A DNA stretch of 64,000 nucleotides from Candidatus Omnitrophota bacterium (lineage in GTDB: Bacteria > Omnitrophota > Gorgyraeia > Pluralincolimonadales > Pluralincolimonadaceae). The stretch lies in assembly GCA_028716565.1 (NCBI GenBank), contig JAQUPL010000003.1:66029-130028 (forward strand). Reading direction: 5' to 3'. Positions 46,353-55,076 of the stretch are shown here, in pieces; within the stretch, counting starts at the first letter, position 1; the number at the start of each line of letters is the position of its first letter. Position numbers and translations under genes: made by a program. Under the pieces are notes generated by a model. That model saw only the letters and a list, made by a program, of their open reading frames with translations, was not told the DNA's origin and did no database searches.

Positions 46353-47426
46353 ATGAAGATCGGTATTATAGGCCTGCCCCAGACCGGCAAGAAGACCTTA
46401 TTCGAACTGCTGACAAACCACAAGATCTCGGAGAAGGACCTTGCCTCAGGCAAGAACATCAAGAGTATAGCCGAGATCAAGGACCCCCGCTACGACAAGC
46501 TCGTCGCGCTCTATAAGCCCAAAAAACAGGTAAGGGCAAGGATAGATATAGAGCTCCTCCCCAAGATAGAAAAAGACGCCATAACCAAGGGCGACATCTT
46601 CAAGGACATCGCAGAGACCGACGCCATATGCCATGTGGTAAGGGCCTTTAAGGACGATTCGGTCTACCACATAAACGGCACGGTCGATCCCAAACGCGAT
46701 ATAGACAGCGTCAATTCCGAACTCATCCTCCACGACCTGATATTCGCGGAGAAACGCCTCGAGAAGCTGGACCTGGACCTCAGGAAAGCCAAAGACGAGG
46801 CCAAGTCGAAGGAGAGGGAGGTCGTGGCGCGCGTAAAAACCCACATAGAAAAAGAACTGCCCCTCAGGCTGCTAGAGCTTAAGCCCGAGGAGAAGAGGGT
46901 AATCGCCAGTTATCCTTTCGTGACATTAAAGGAGATGATACTGGCGGTAAATGTCTCGGAAGACGACCTTAAAAACAAGGCGCTCCTGGACGACCTCAAG
47001 AAAAAATATGAACATTTAAAAATAGAAGTGATGCTCGTCTCGGCCAAGGTCGAGTCGGAGATCGCCTCCCTCGAGACGGAGAAGGAGCAGCAGGAGTTCC
47101 TTTCCGCGCTCGGGATAGAGGAGCCGGCGATAAATGTGCTCAGCCGCCTCTGCATACAGGCGCTAAACCTCATATCGTTCTTCACGGTGGGCGAAGACGA
47201 GGTCCGGCAGTGGCCGGTAAAACGCAACTCATCGGCGCCGGAAGCGGCAGGAGCGATACACTCAGACCTGCAGAAAGGCTTTATCCGCGCCGAGGTCATC
47301 AAATTCGCGGACCTCGAAAGGCTCGGCAGCGAGGAGAAGGTCAAAGAAGCCGGCAAACTCTACCTCAAGGGCAAAGATTACATAGTAGAGGACGGCGATA
47401 TAATAAACATAAGATTTAACGTCTAG
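46353..47426 (+). CDS. ychF: redox-regulated ATPase YchF
   Basis: MKIGIIGLPQTGKKTLFELLT G1 motif, OBG-type GTPase fold, C-terminal TGS domain. Confidence 0.9.
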   Translation: MKIGIIGLPQTGKKTLFELLTNHKISEKDLASGKNIKSIAEIKDPRYDKLVALYKPKKQVRARIDIELLPKIEKDAITKGDIFKDIAETDAICHVVRAFKDDSVYHINGTVDPKRDIDSVNSELILHDLIFAEKRLEKLDLDLRKAKDEAKSKEREVVARVKTHIEKELPLRLLELKPEEKRVIASYPFVTLKEMILAVNVSEDDLKNKALLDDLKKKYEHLKIEVMLVSAKVESEIASLETEKEQQEFLSALGIEEPAINVLSRLCIQALNLISFFTVGEDEVRQWPVKRNSSAPEAAGAIHSDLQKGFIRAEVIKFADLERLGSEEKVKEAGKLYLKGKDYIVEDGDIINIRFNV

Positions 47427-47503
47427 GCCGGTCCCGCAGCAGTTCCCCTCCTTATCAAATAATTTTCGTGACATTCCGCGGTTTTATGGTATAATTAATT
47501 AGA

Positions 47504-47521
47504 TTGTGAAAATCGTAACAA
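47504..47521 (+). promoter_or_regulatory. putative Rex operator (TTGTGAAAATCGTAACAA) downstream of a GTGACA-N16-TATAAT promoter (47468-47495)
   Basis: Matches TTGTGAA-N4-TTCACAA with two mismatches in the right half; sits 8 nt upstream of the rex start codon. Confidence 0.5.
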
Positions 47522-47529
47522 ACTAAGTA

Positions 47530-48168
47530 ATGCCCAAAACTAAAAAGTACATTCCCCAGGATACAGCAAGCCGTTTAAGCCTATACCTCAGAAGCTTAAG
47601 GATGCTTGAGAAGAAGAGGGTGGACGTCGCCTCATCAGAGGACATCACCGAGTTCCTCAATGTCTCGTCAGTCCAGTTCAGGAAGGACCTCTCTTATTTC
47701 GGCGGCTTCGGAAAGCGCGGTGTCGGCTATGGCACAAGCGCGCTTAAAAAAGAGATAGAAAAGATCCTCGGCACCGACATGGAGTGGAAGATCGCCATCG
47801 TTGGGACCGGCAAGCTCGGCTCAGCCCTCCTGGGATACCCCGGTTTCACGGAATTCAACCTACGGATCGCCGCCGCATTCGATAATGACCCCGAAAGGAT
47901 AGGCAAGGTCCGCAAGGGCATAAAGATAGAGGATGCCAAGGTGATGAAAGGCATATTGAAGGAGAAGGGGATAAAGATAGCCATCCTCGCGGTCCCTGCC
48001 GATAAAGCGCAGGAAGTCGGCGAGGAACTCGCCGCTTGCGGCGTAAAAGCGATATTGAACTTCGCGCCTGTAAACCTCATGTTGCCCAAAAGGATCCCGG
48101 TCTCGAACGTAGATATGGCCTCAGAGCTTCAGGGCCTGATATATAAATTAAAAGGAGAACATGCATGA
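47530..48168 (+). CDS. rex: redox-sensing transcriptional repressor Rex
   Basis: N-terminal winged helix (RLSLYLRSLRML) and Rossmann NAD(H)-binding IAIVGTGKLG. Confidence 0.85.
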   Translation: MPKTKKYIPQDTASRLSLYLRSLRMLEKKRVDVASSEDITEFLNVSSVQFRKDLSYFGGFGKRGVGYGTSALKKEIEKILGTDMEWKIAIVGTGKLGSALLGYPGFTEFNLRIAAAFDNDPERIGKVRKGIKIEDAKVMKGILKEKGIKIAILAVPADKAQEVGEELAACGVKAILNFAPVNLMLPKRIPVSNVDMASELQGLIYKLKGEHA

Positions 48169-48686
48169 AAGCAGCTTTGGAGAGGGATGTAGATACGAAG
48201 TCGTTGGACAGGATAATCGAAAAATATAAGGGCGGGCCGGGCGATGTCCTCTGTATCCTCGAGGAGGCGCAGGAGCTCCACAGGCATAAATTCCTCCCGA
48301 GAGAGACGCTCCAATACATAGCCGAGAACCTCGACCTGCCGGCCTCGAAGATCTACAGCGTCGCCACTTTTTACGCATTTTTTAACCTTAAGCCGCAGGG
48401 CGAGCATTCGATAATAGTATGCAGGGGAACGGCCTGCCACACTAAGGGTTCGAAGGCGCTATTAGAGCACCTCGAAGGCATATTGAAGATAAGAGGGGTT
48501 TTTGACGAAGGCGAGTCGTTCTATACCACGCCCGACAACAAGTTCACGGTGAGGACGGTCGCCTGCTTCGGCCAGTGCGCGCTCGCGCCGGTCGTAGTCA
48601 TTGACGGCAAAATATATGTCCATATGGACACGGGAAGATTATCAAGGATGATAAAAGAGCTCAGCCGGGAAGGAAAGAAGAAATGA
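48165..48686 (+). CDS. NuoE-like [2Fe-2S] thioredoxin-fold subunit (hydrogenase HydC-type)
   Basis: C-x4-C...C-x3-C pattern (CRGTAC...CFGQC); ATGA-coupled to rex. Confidence 0.8.
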   Translation: MKAALERDVDTKSLDRIIEKYKGGPGDVLCILEEAQELHRHKFLPRETLQYIAENLDLPASKIYSVATFYAFFNLKPQGEHSIIVCRGTACHTKGSKALLEHLEGILKIRGVFDEGESFYTTPDNKFTVRTVACFGQCALAPVVVIDGKIYVHMDTGRLSRMIKELSREGKKK

Positions 48687-51600
48687 TAATAGCTGATCTG
48701 GAACATTTAAACAATGAAAGGGATAAAAGGTTAAGGCAGATATTGTCGCACAGGCCGCGGATCTCCGTGGGCATGGGCACCTGCGGCATCGGGAACGGCG
48801 CCGACGAGGTATATAAAGAACTCGAGAAGTCACTGCACAGGAAGAAGGCTGAGATATCACTCGGAAAGGTCGGCTGTTTCGGTTTCTGCGCCGACGAGCC
48901 GGTGGTAAATATTTATATGCCCGGGAAGCCGCTTATCGTACTCTCTAAAGTCAAGCCGAAGGACGCCGCGAAGATTGTCGAAAAGACGATGAAGGGTGAT
49001 ATATACAGGGAAAGGGTCTTATGCAAGATCGAGGAATGGGACCACATCACTGGAAAGGTGATATACGGGCGCGGTTTTCCCGGAGTCCCGGTTTGGAACG
49101 AGGTGCCGTTCTTCAGGGGCCAGAAGAAGATAGTCCTTAGGGATTGCGGCCTCATAGACCCCGAGAACATAGACGATTACATAGCGGTCGGCGGATACCA
49201 GTCATTATATAAGGCCATTACGAGCATGACCCCGGAGAAGATCATAGAAGAGCTCAAGATCTCGAAGTTGAGGGGCAGGGGCGGCGCGGGTTTCCCGCCG
49301 TGGAGGAAATGGGAGATCATGCGCGGCATAAAGGCCGACAAGAAATTCGTGGTATGCAACGCTGACGAAGGCGACCCCGGCGCTTACATGAACCGCAATG
49401 AGATAGAGAGCGACCCGCACATGCTGATAGAAGGCATAGCGATAGCCGCCTATACGATGGGTGCTACCGGCGGGATAATCTACGTCCGCGCGGAATATCC
49501 GTTGGCGGTCCAGAGGATAAAGAAGGCGCTTGTCCAGGCCGAGGAGTGGGGTTTCCTCGGGAAGAATATCATGGGGACAAATTTTAATTTTGACATCCAG
49601 ATAGTCGAGGGCGCGGGCGCGTTCGTCTGCGGCGAGGAGACGGCCCTTATATTCTCGCTCGAGGGCAAGCCGGGCCGTCCGAGGCCCAGGCCTCCTTTCC
49701 CTGCGGAAAGGGGATTATGGGACAAGCCCACGACCATAAATAACGTCGAAACATTAAGCAACGTCCCGGCGATAATCGCCAGGGGCGGCCAGTGGTTCGC
49801 GCAGACAGGCACGTCGGCGAGCGCCGGCACAAAAGTCTTTTCGCTCGTCGGCAAGGTAAAGAATACCGGCCTGGTCGAGCTTCCGTTCGGTTCTCCCGTG
49901 CTTTCGCTCATCTACCAGATGGGCGAGGGGAGCGGCAAGAACAAGGTCATTAAATCGGTCCAGTCAGGCGGCCCGTCCGGCGGATGCATCCCGGCGTCGC
50001 TTTTCAATTCCAAGATAGATTACGAGAACCTCGCCCAGCTCGGCGCGATACTCGGCTCCGGCGGTATGGTCGTGATGGACCAGGACAACTGCATGGTCGA
50101 TGTCGCGCGCTATTTCATAGAATTTACCACGGCCGAGTCGTGCGGCAAATGCACGCCGTGCCGCGAGGGGCTCCAACAGGCGTTAAAGATCCTCAAGGAC
50201 ATAACCGAGGGTAAGGGCAAGATGGAGGATATTAAGACGCTCGAAGACCTCGGCAAGGTCATAAAGGACACGGCGATATGCGGCCTCGGCCAGACAGCGC
50301 CGAACCCGGTCCTTACGACGCTCAAATATTTCAGGGACGAATACGAGGAGCATATAAGGGATAAGAGATGCGACGCGGGCGTATGCCAGTCGTTGTTCCT
50401 CTCGCCGTGCGAGAACAGCTGTCCGCTCCACATGAACATCCCGGGTTTCCTCGAATTGGTAAACGAGAAACAGATGGACGACGCATACGACCTCATCCTG
50501 CGCGACAATCCGTTCCCGGCGAGCTCGGGAAGGATATGCCATTTCCATTGCAAGATGCGCTGCAGGAGGGAGGATATCGACGATCCGGTATCCCAGGGAG
50601 AGATACACCGCTTCGTCGCCGATAATATGCACAAATACGGCAAGGATAAAGCCGTGATGCGCAGGTTGTTAAAAGAGAAGCTTCCTCCGACCGGGAAAAA
50701 GATCGCCGTAGTCGGCGGCGGCCCGGCAGGACTCACCGCGGCGTATTATCTCGCGCGGCTAGGACATTCGGTCACTGTGTACGAGGAGAAACCGAAAGCC
50801 GGCGGCGTCCTGATGTACGGCATACCGTCATACAGGCTGCCTAAGGATGTCCTTGAAAGGGAGATAAAATTCATCAAGGACTTCGGCGTGAAATTTATCT
50901 TTAACTCTAAAGTCAGCGAGCAGAAATTGAGAGAGCTTGAGAGATCCTTCGATTCAGTTTTCCTCGCGACCGGCGCATATAAAGAGATGGATCTCGACAT
51001 CCCGGGCAGGGACCTTAAGGGCGTCCTGCGCGGGACCGAATACCTCGAGCAGGTCGCGACAGGCAAGAAGCCCGCGACAGGCAAGAAGGTGGCCATAATC
51101 GGCGCCGGTAACGTCGCGATAGACGCGGCCAGGACCGCTTTCAGGTCCGGCAGCGACGTCACGGTAGTTTACCGCCGCGAGAAAGAGGATATGCCGGCGA
51201 ATAAAGAAGAGATCAAAGAGGCCCAGCACGAAGGCATCAAATTCGTCTTCCTTGCCGCCCCGAAATCGATCATCGGCGAAAAAGGAAAAGTGAAAGGCAT
51301 CGAGATAAGCAAGATGAAGCCGGGGGAGTTCGACCTATCGGGCAGGAGGAGGCCGGTAGCCACAGACGTATACGAGGCGATTACCTGCAACTCGGTCATC
51401 CTCGCCATAGGCGAGCGCGTCGATTCCGGTTTTATACGCAACGTCGGCATCGACGCGAACGAGGACGGGACGATAAAAGTGGACAGGTCCACGCTCCAGA
51501 CCGTCACCCCTAAAGTATACGCGGGCGGCGACCTCGTCATGGGGCCTGCGACCGCGGTCGAGGCGATGGCGCAGGGCAGGAAGGCCGCTGAGGCGATGGA

Positions 51601-51826
51601 CCGCGAGCTGATGGGCGAAGAACGGCTGTCATTGTTGTCCAAGAAATTCAAATATAAGAACGAAGTCCCGCTCGAGCCGAGCCCCGAGGGCAGGAGATAT
51701 CCGAAGACGCTTTCGGTAAAAGCGAGGAGGAGGAATTTCAAAGAGGTCTCGCTCGGATTGTGCTGGGACGACGTAAAGACCGAGACTACCCGCTGCTTGA
51801 GATGCGATGTGAAGGAGGCGATCTAA
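48683..51826 (+). CDS. NuoF-like flavoprotein (HydB-type) fused to a GltD/NfnB-like NAD(P)H oxidoreductase module
   Basis: N-half has GRGGAGFPPWRKWE (FMN/NADH) and ESCGKCTPCREG; the middle has 2x[4Fe-4S] ferredoxin; the C-half has two Rossmann motifs (VVGGGPAGLTAAYYL; IIGAGNVAID) and GltD-type Cys clusters. Confidence 0.75.
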   Translation: MIIADLEHLNNERDKRLRQILSHRPRISVGMGTCGIGNGADEVYKELEKSLHRKKAEISLGKVGCFGFCADEPVVNIYMPGKPLIVLSKVKPKDAAKIVEKTMKGDIYRERVLCKIEEWDHITGKVIYGRGFPGVPVWNEVPFFRGQKKIVLRDCGLIDPENIDDYIAVGGYQSLYKAITSMTPEKIIEELKISKLRGRGGAGFPPWRKWEIMRGIKADKKFVVCNADEGDPGAYMNRNEIESDPHMLIEGIAIAAYTMGATGGIIYVRAEYPLAVQRIKKALVQAEEWGFLGKNIMGTNFNFDIQIVEGAGAFVCGEETALIFSLEGKPGRPRPRPPFPAERGLWDKPTTINNVETLSNVPAIIARGGQWFAQTGTSASAGTKVFSLVGKVKNTGLVELPFGSPVLSLIYQMGEGSGKNKVIKSVQSGGPSGGCIPASLFNSKIDYENLAQLGAILGSGGMVVMDQDNCMVDVARYFIEFTTAESCGKCTPCREGLQQALKILKDITEGKGKMEDIKTLEDLGKVIKDTAICGLGQTAPNPVLTTLKYFRDEYEEHIRDKRCDAGVCQSLFLSPCENSCPLHMNIPGFLELVNEKQMDDAYDLILRDNPFPASSGRICHFHCKMRCRREDIDDPVSQGEIHRFVADNMHKYGKDKAVMRRLLKEKLPPTGKKIAVVGGGPAGLTAAYYLARLGHSVTVYEEKPKAGGVLMYGIPSYRLPKDVLEREIKFIKDFGVKFIFNSKVSEQKLRELERSFDSVFLATGAYKEMDLDIPGRDLKGVLRGTEYLEQVATGKKPATGKKVAIIGAGNVAIDAARTAFRSGSDVTVVYRREKEDMPANKEEIKEAQHEGIKFVFLAAPKSIIGEKGKVKGIEISKMKPGEFDLSGRRRPVATDVYEAITCNSVILAIGERVDSGFIRNVGIDANEDGTIKVDRSTLQTVTPKVYAGGDLVMGPATAVEAMAQGRKAAEAMDRELMGEERLSLLSKKFKYKNEVPLEPSPEGRRYPKTLSVKARRRNFKEVSLGLCWDDVKTETTRCLRCDVKEAI

Positions 51827-53607
51827 TGGCCGGCAAAATAATGAACATAAAGATAGACGGTAAAGAATACAAAGCAGAAGAAGGAACGACGATACTCAAG
51901 GCAGCCAGGCAGGCGGGCATAGAGATACCGACCCTCTGTTATCTCGAGGGGATATCCGAGAACGCCTCGTGCGGTGTCTGCTGCGTCGAGGTCAGGAACG
52001 CTAAGAGTCTTTTGAGGGCGTGCATAACAAAGGTCTCCGAAGGGATGGAGATATACACGAACACGCCGGCTGTCCGCGGCGCGCGCAGGATGAACGTCGA
52101 GCTCCTTTTGGCGGGCCATCCGAAAGAGTGCCCGACCTGCGACAAGAACGAGACCTGCGAATTGCGGATCCTGGCTTCGGACCTCGGCATAAGGGATGTG
52201 AGGTTTGCGAAGACGAGGAAGCGTGACTTCGACATCGACCTGAGCTCGCCCTCGATCATACGCGACCCTAACAAATGTATACTTTGCGGACGCTGCATCG
52301 CGGTCTGCTCGCAGGTCCAGTCCGTAAACGCGATAGATTTTGTGAACAGGGGCGCCAAGACCATCGTCTCGACTTTTTTTAACGAAGGGCTCGGGAAGGT
52401 CGAATGCGCCAACTGCGGCCAGTGCGTCCTCGTCTGTCCGACGGGCGCGCTGACCGAGAAGAGCTCGATAGACGACGTATGGAAGGCGATACACGACCCG
52501 AAGAAGACCGTAGTCGTCCAGACGGCGCCGGCGGTAAGGGCCGCGATAGGCGAGGAGTTCGGCCTGCCCGCGGGAACGCTCGTTACAGGGAAGATGACCG
52601 CTGCGCTCCGCAGGCTCGGGTATAACAAAGTCTTCGACACGCAGTTTACCGCGGACCTCACCATCATGGAGGAAGGCTTTGAGCTCATCGACAGGATAAA
52701 GAATAAAGGCATCCTTCCTTTAATAACCTCCTGCTCGCCGGGCTGGATAAAGTTCAGCGAGCATTTCTTCCCGGAGGTCCTCGACCATCTTTCGACCTGC
52801 AAATCGCCCCAGCAGATGTTCGGCGCGGTCGCGAAGACATATTACGCGGAGAAGGCCGGCGTAGACCCGAAGGATATGGTGGTAGTCTCGATAATGCCTT
52901 GCACCGCGAAGAAATTCGAGGCTAAGCGCCCGGAGATGGACGGCGCATTCGAATATTGGAAAGACAAAAAAGCATATAAGGATAGCGACAAATTCCCGGA
53001 CGTCGATCATGTCCTTACGACGAGGGAAGCCGCCCAGATGATAAAAGAGGCGGGCATCGATTTCAATAAGCTTCCCGATGAGGATTTCGACAATCCGCTC
53101 GGCGAATCGACAGGCGCGGCCGTCATATTCGGCGCGACCGGAGGCGTCATGGAGGCCGCGTTAAGGACCGCCTATGAAGTCATCACCAAGAAGAAACTCG
53201 ACAAGCTTGATTTCAACGATGTCCGCGGTTTTGAAGGGATAAAATCCGCCGAGGTAGACGTCGACGGGTTGAAAGTAAAGGTCGCGGTCGCGAGCGGGCT
53301 CTCGAACGCGCGTAAGTTGCTGGACGAGGTCAAGGCGGGTAAGTCGCCTTACCATTTCATTGAGATAATGTGCTGCCCGGGCGGATGCCTCGGCGGCGGC
53401 GGCCAGCCCATCCCCACGAATACCGAGACCAGGAAGAAGAGGGCTGAGGCGATATATAGGGAAGACCTGGGCAAGCCGATAAGGAAATCGCACGAGAACC
53501 CTTCGATCACGGCTATCTACAAGGAGTTCCTCGTCGAACCGCTCGGCGAGAAGTCGCATCATCTCTTACATACGACATACACCAAGCGCGGACTTGTAAA
53601 AAAATGA
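51826..53607 (+). CDS. hydA: [FeFe] hydrogenase catalytic subunit HydA with variant H-cluster motifs
   Basis: N-terminal 2Fe-2S and 2x[4Fe-4S] domains; L2 MPCTAKKFE is canonical; L1 reads TSCSPGW (not TSCCPxW) and L3 reads MCCPGGCLGGGGQP (not MACPGGC); start is the ATG at 51826 with GAAGGAGG RBS. Confidence 0.8.
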   Translation: MAGKIMNIKIDGKEYKAEEGTTILKAARQAGIEIPTLCYLEGISENASCGVCCVEVRNAKSLLRACITKVSEGMEIYTNTPAVRGARRMNVELLLAGHPKECPTCDKNETCELRILASDLGIRDVRFAKTRKRDFDIDLSSPSIIRDPNKCILCGRCIAVCSQVQSVNAIDFVNRGAKTIVSTFFNEGLGKVECANCGQCVLVCPTGALTEKSSIDDVWKAIHDPKKTVVVQTAPAVRAAIGEEFGLPAGTLVTGKMTAALRRLGYNKVFDTQFTADLTIMEEGFELIDRIKNKGILPLITSCSPGWIKFSEHFFPEVLDHLSTCKSPQQMFGAVAKTYYAEKAGVDPKDMVVVSIMPCTAKKFEAKRPEMDGAFEYWKDKKAYKDSDKFPDVDHVLTTREAAQMIKEAGIDFNKLPDEDFDNPLGESTGAAVIFGATGGVMEAALRTAYEVITKKKLDKLDFNDVRGFEGIKSAEVDVDGLKVKVAVASGLSNARKLLDEVKAGKSPYHFIEIMCCPGGCLGGGGQPIPTNTETRKKRAEAIYREDLGKPIRKSHENPSITAIYKEFLVEPLGEKSHHLLHTTYTKRGLVKK

Positions 53608-54500
53608 AGAAATTCGCGTTCTTCCCGGCGCTTTGCGTGGTATTGTTTCTTACAGTACCATCATACGCATTAGGATTGAACGAACGGCCGAAAGATATAG
53701 TACTCATCGGCTGGGACGGGGCGCAATTGAACCACGTTAAAGAATGCCTCGGCCGCGGCGAGCTGCCGAACCTCAAGAAATTATCGTCCGAGGGCTCGTT
53801 CGTCGAGATAGAGGTCCGGGGCCACCAGACCGAGACCGAACCGGGATTCGCGCAAATATTGACCGGTTACGACGATGAGACCTCGGGTGTCCGCTCTAAC
53901 GATAAATATCAAGCGATACCCAAAGGGTACACGATATTCGAGCGGCTCGAGGACCGCTTCGGCCATGACAAATTCGTTACGGTCGCCCTTGTCAGTAAAG
54001 GCCACCGCCTCAATTACGGCACTCCGGAGAAACCTTATTACAACGCGGCCAAGGCCGCCGACATTTTCATCAACGGCCTCAACGAGGACCGGAAGGTCGC
54101 GAGTGAGGCCGAGAGGCTCCTAGAGGAATATAAAGGAAGGCCGTTCTTCTTTTTCCTGCAGTTCGCCGCGGCGGACAAGAACGGCCACGAATTCGGCGAG
54201 AATTCGAAAGAATACAACGACGCGCTCATCTCCTGCGATAAATTGACCGGCGATATCGTCAAGAAACTCAAAGAGCTGAAATTATACGATACGACGGTGA
54301 TCTACGTGACCTCCGACCACGGCTTTGACGAGGGTCAGAAGGGGCACGGTTACGCCCCGTATGTCTTTATGGCCGCTAACGACCCGCGGGGGATAAGGCA
54401 GGGCTTCCAATCAGACGTCACCCCGACTATCCTCGACAGGTTTGGCGTGGACGTCGGGAAGATCAGCCCGCCGCTTGACGGAAAACCGCTCACTAATTAG
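53604..54500 (+). CDS. secreted alkaline-phosphatase-superfamily protein (phosphodiesterase/pyrophosphatase-like)
   Basis: Signal peptide; IGWDGAQ and DHGFDEGQKGHG metal-ligand-like motifs. Confidence 0.45.
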   Translation: MKKFAFFPALCVVLFLTVPSYALGLNERPKDIVLIGWDGAQLNHVKECLGRGELPNLKKLSSEGSFVEIEVRGHQTETEPGFAQILTGYDDETSGVRSNDKYQAIPKGYTIFERLEDRFGHDKFVTVALVSKGHRLNYGTPEKPYYNAAKAADIFINGLNEDRKVASEAERLLEEYKGRPFFFFLQFAAADKNGHEFGENSKEYNDALISCDKLTGDIVKKLKELKLYDTTVIYVTSDHGFDEGQKGHGYAPYVFMAANDPRGIRQGFQSDVTPTILDRFGVDVGKISPPLDGKPLTN

Positions 54501-54508
54501 GAGGAAAA

Positions 54509-55066
54509 ATGCTGGGATTCGGATCGGTCGGATTACTGCTCGCAATAGGGCTTGCAATATGGTCTATCTTCACCTATAACCTCCTTATCAAATACAAGAA
54601 CCTGATGAAAGAAGCCTGGAGCGGGATCGACGTCCAACTCAAGCGCCGCGCCGACCTCATACCGAACCTCGTCGAGGCCGTCAAGGGATATAAGCAATTC
54701 GAAGGGAAGACCCTCGAAGAAGTCACCGCGCTGCGTTCCAAAAGCATGACGGCGGAAGGGCCGCAGGACAAAGCCGGGCCGGAGAACGCCATCTCCCGTT
54801 CGTTAAAATCTATTTTCGCCGTAGTGGAGGCATACCCGGAACTAAAGGCGAGCCGAAGTTTCCTCGACCTGCACAAGAACCTCGTCGAGATAGAGGAGAA
54901 CCTGCAGATGGCCCGCCGTTATTACAACGGCGCGGCCCGCGATTATAATATTTTATCGCAGACCTTTCCCAGCAGCATCATCGCCGGCAGTTTCCATTTC
55001 GATAAGGCCGGGTTCTTCGAGATAGAACTGGCTACCGAAAGGCAAGCCCCCGAAGTAAAATTATAA
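54509..55066 (+). CDS. lemA: LemA family protein
   Basis: N-terminal TM helix then [26 protein letters not shown] LemA signature. Confidence 0.85.
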   Translation: MLGFGSVGLLLAIGLAIWSIFTYNLLIKYKNLMKEAWSGIDVQLKRRADLIPNLVEAVKGYKQFEGKTLEEVTALRSKSMTAEGPQDKAGPENAISRSLKSIFAVVEAYPELKASRSFLDLHKNLVEIEENLQMARRYYNGAARDYNILSQTFPSSIIAGSFHFDKAGFFEIELATERQAPEVKL

Positions 55067-55076
55067 AGGAACTTAC

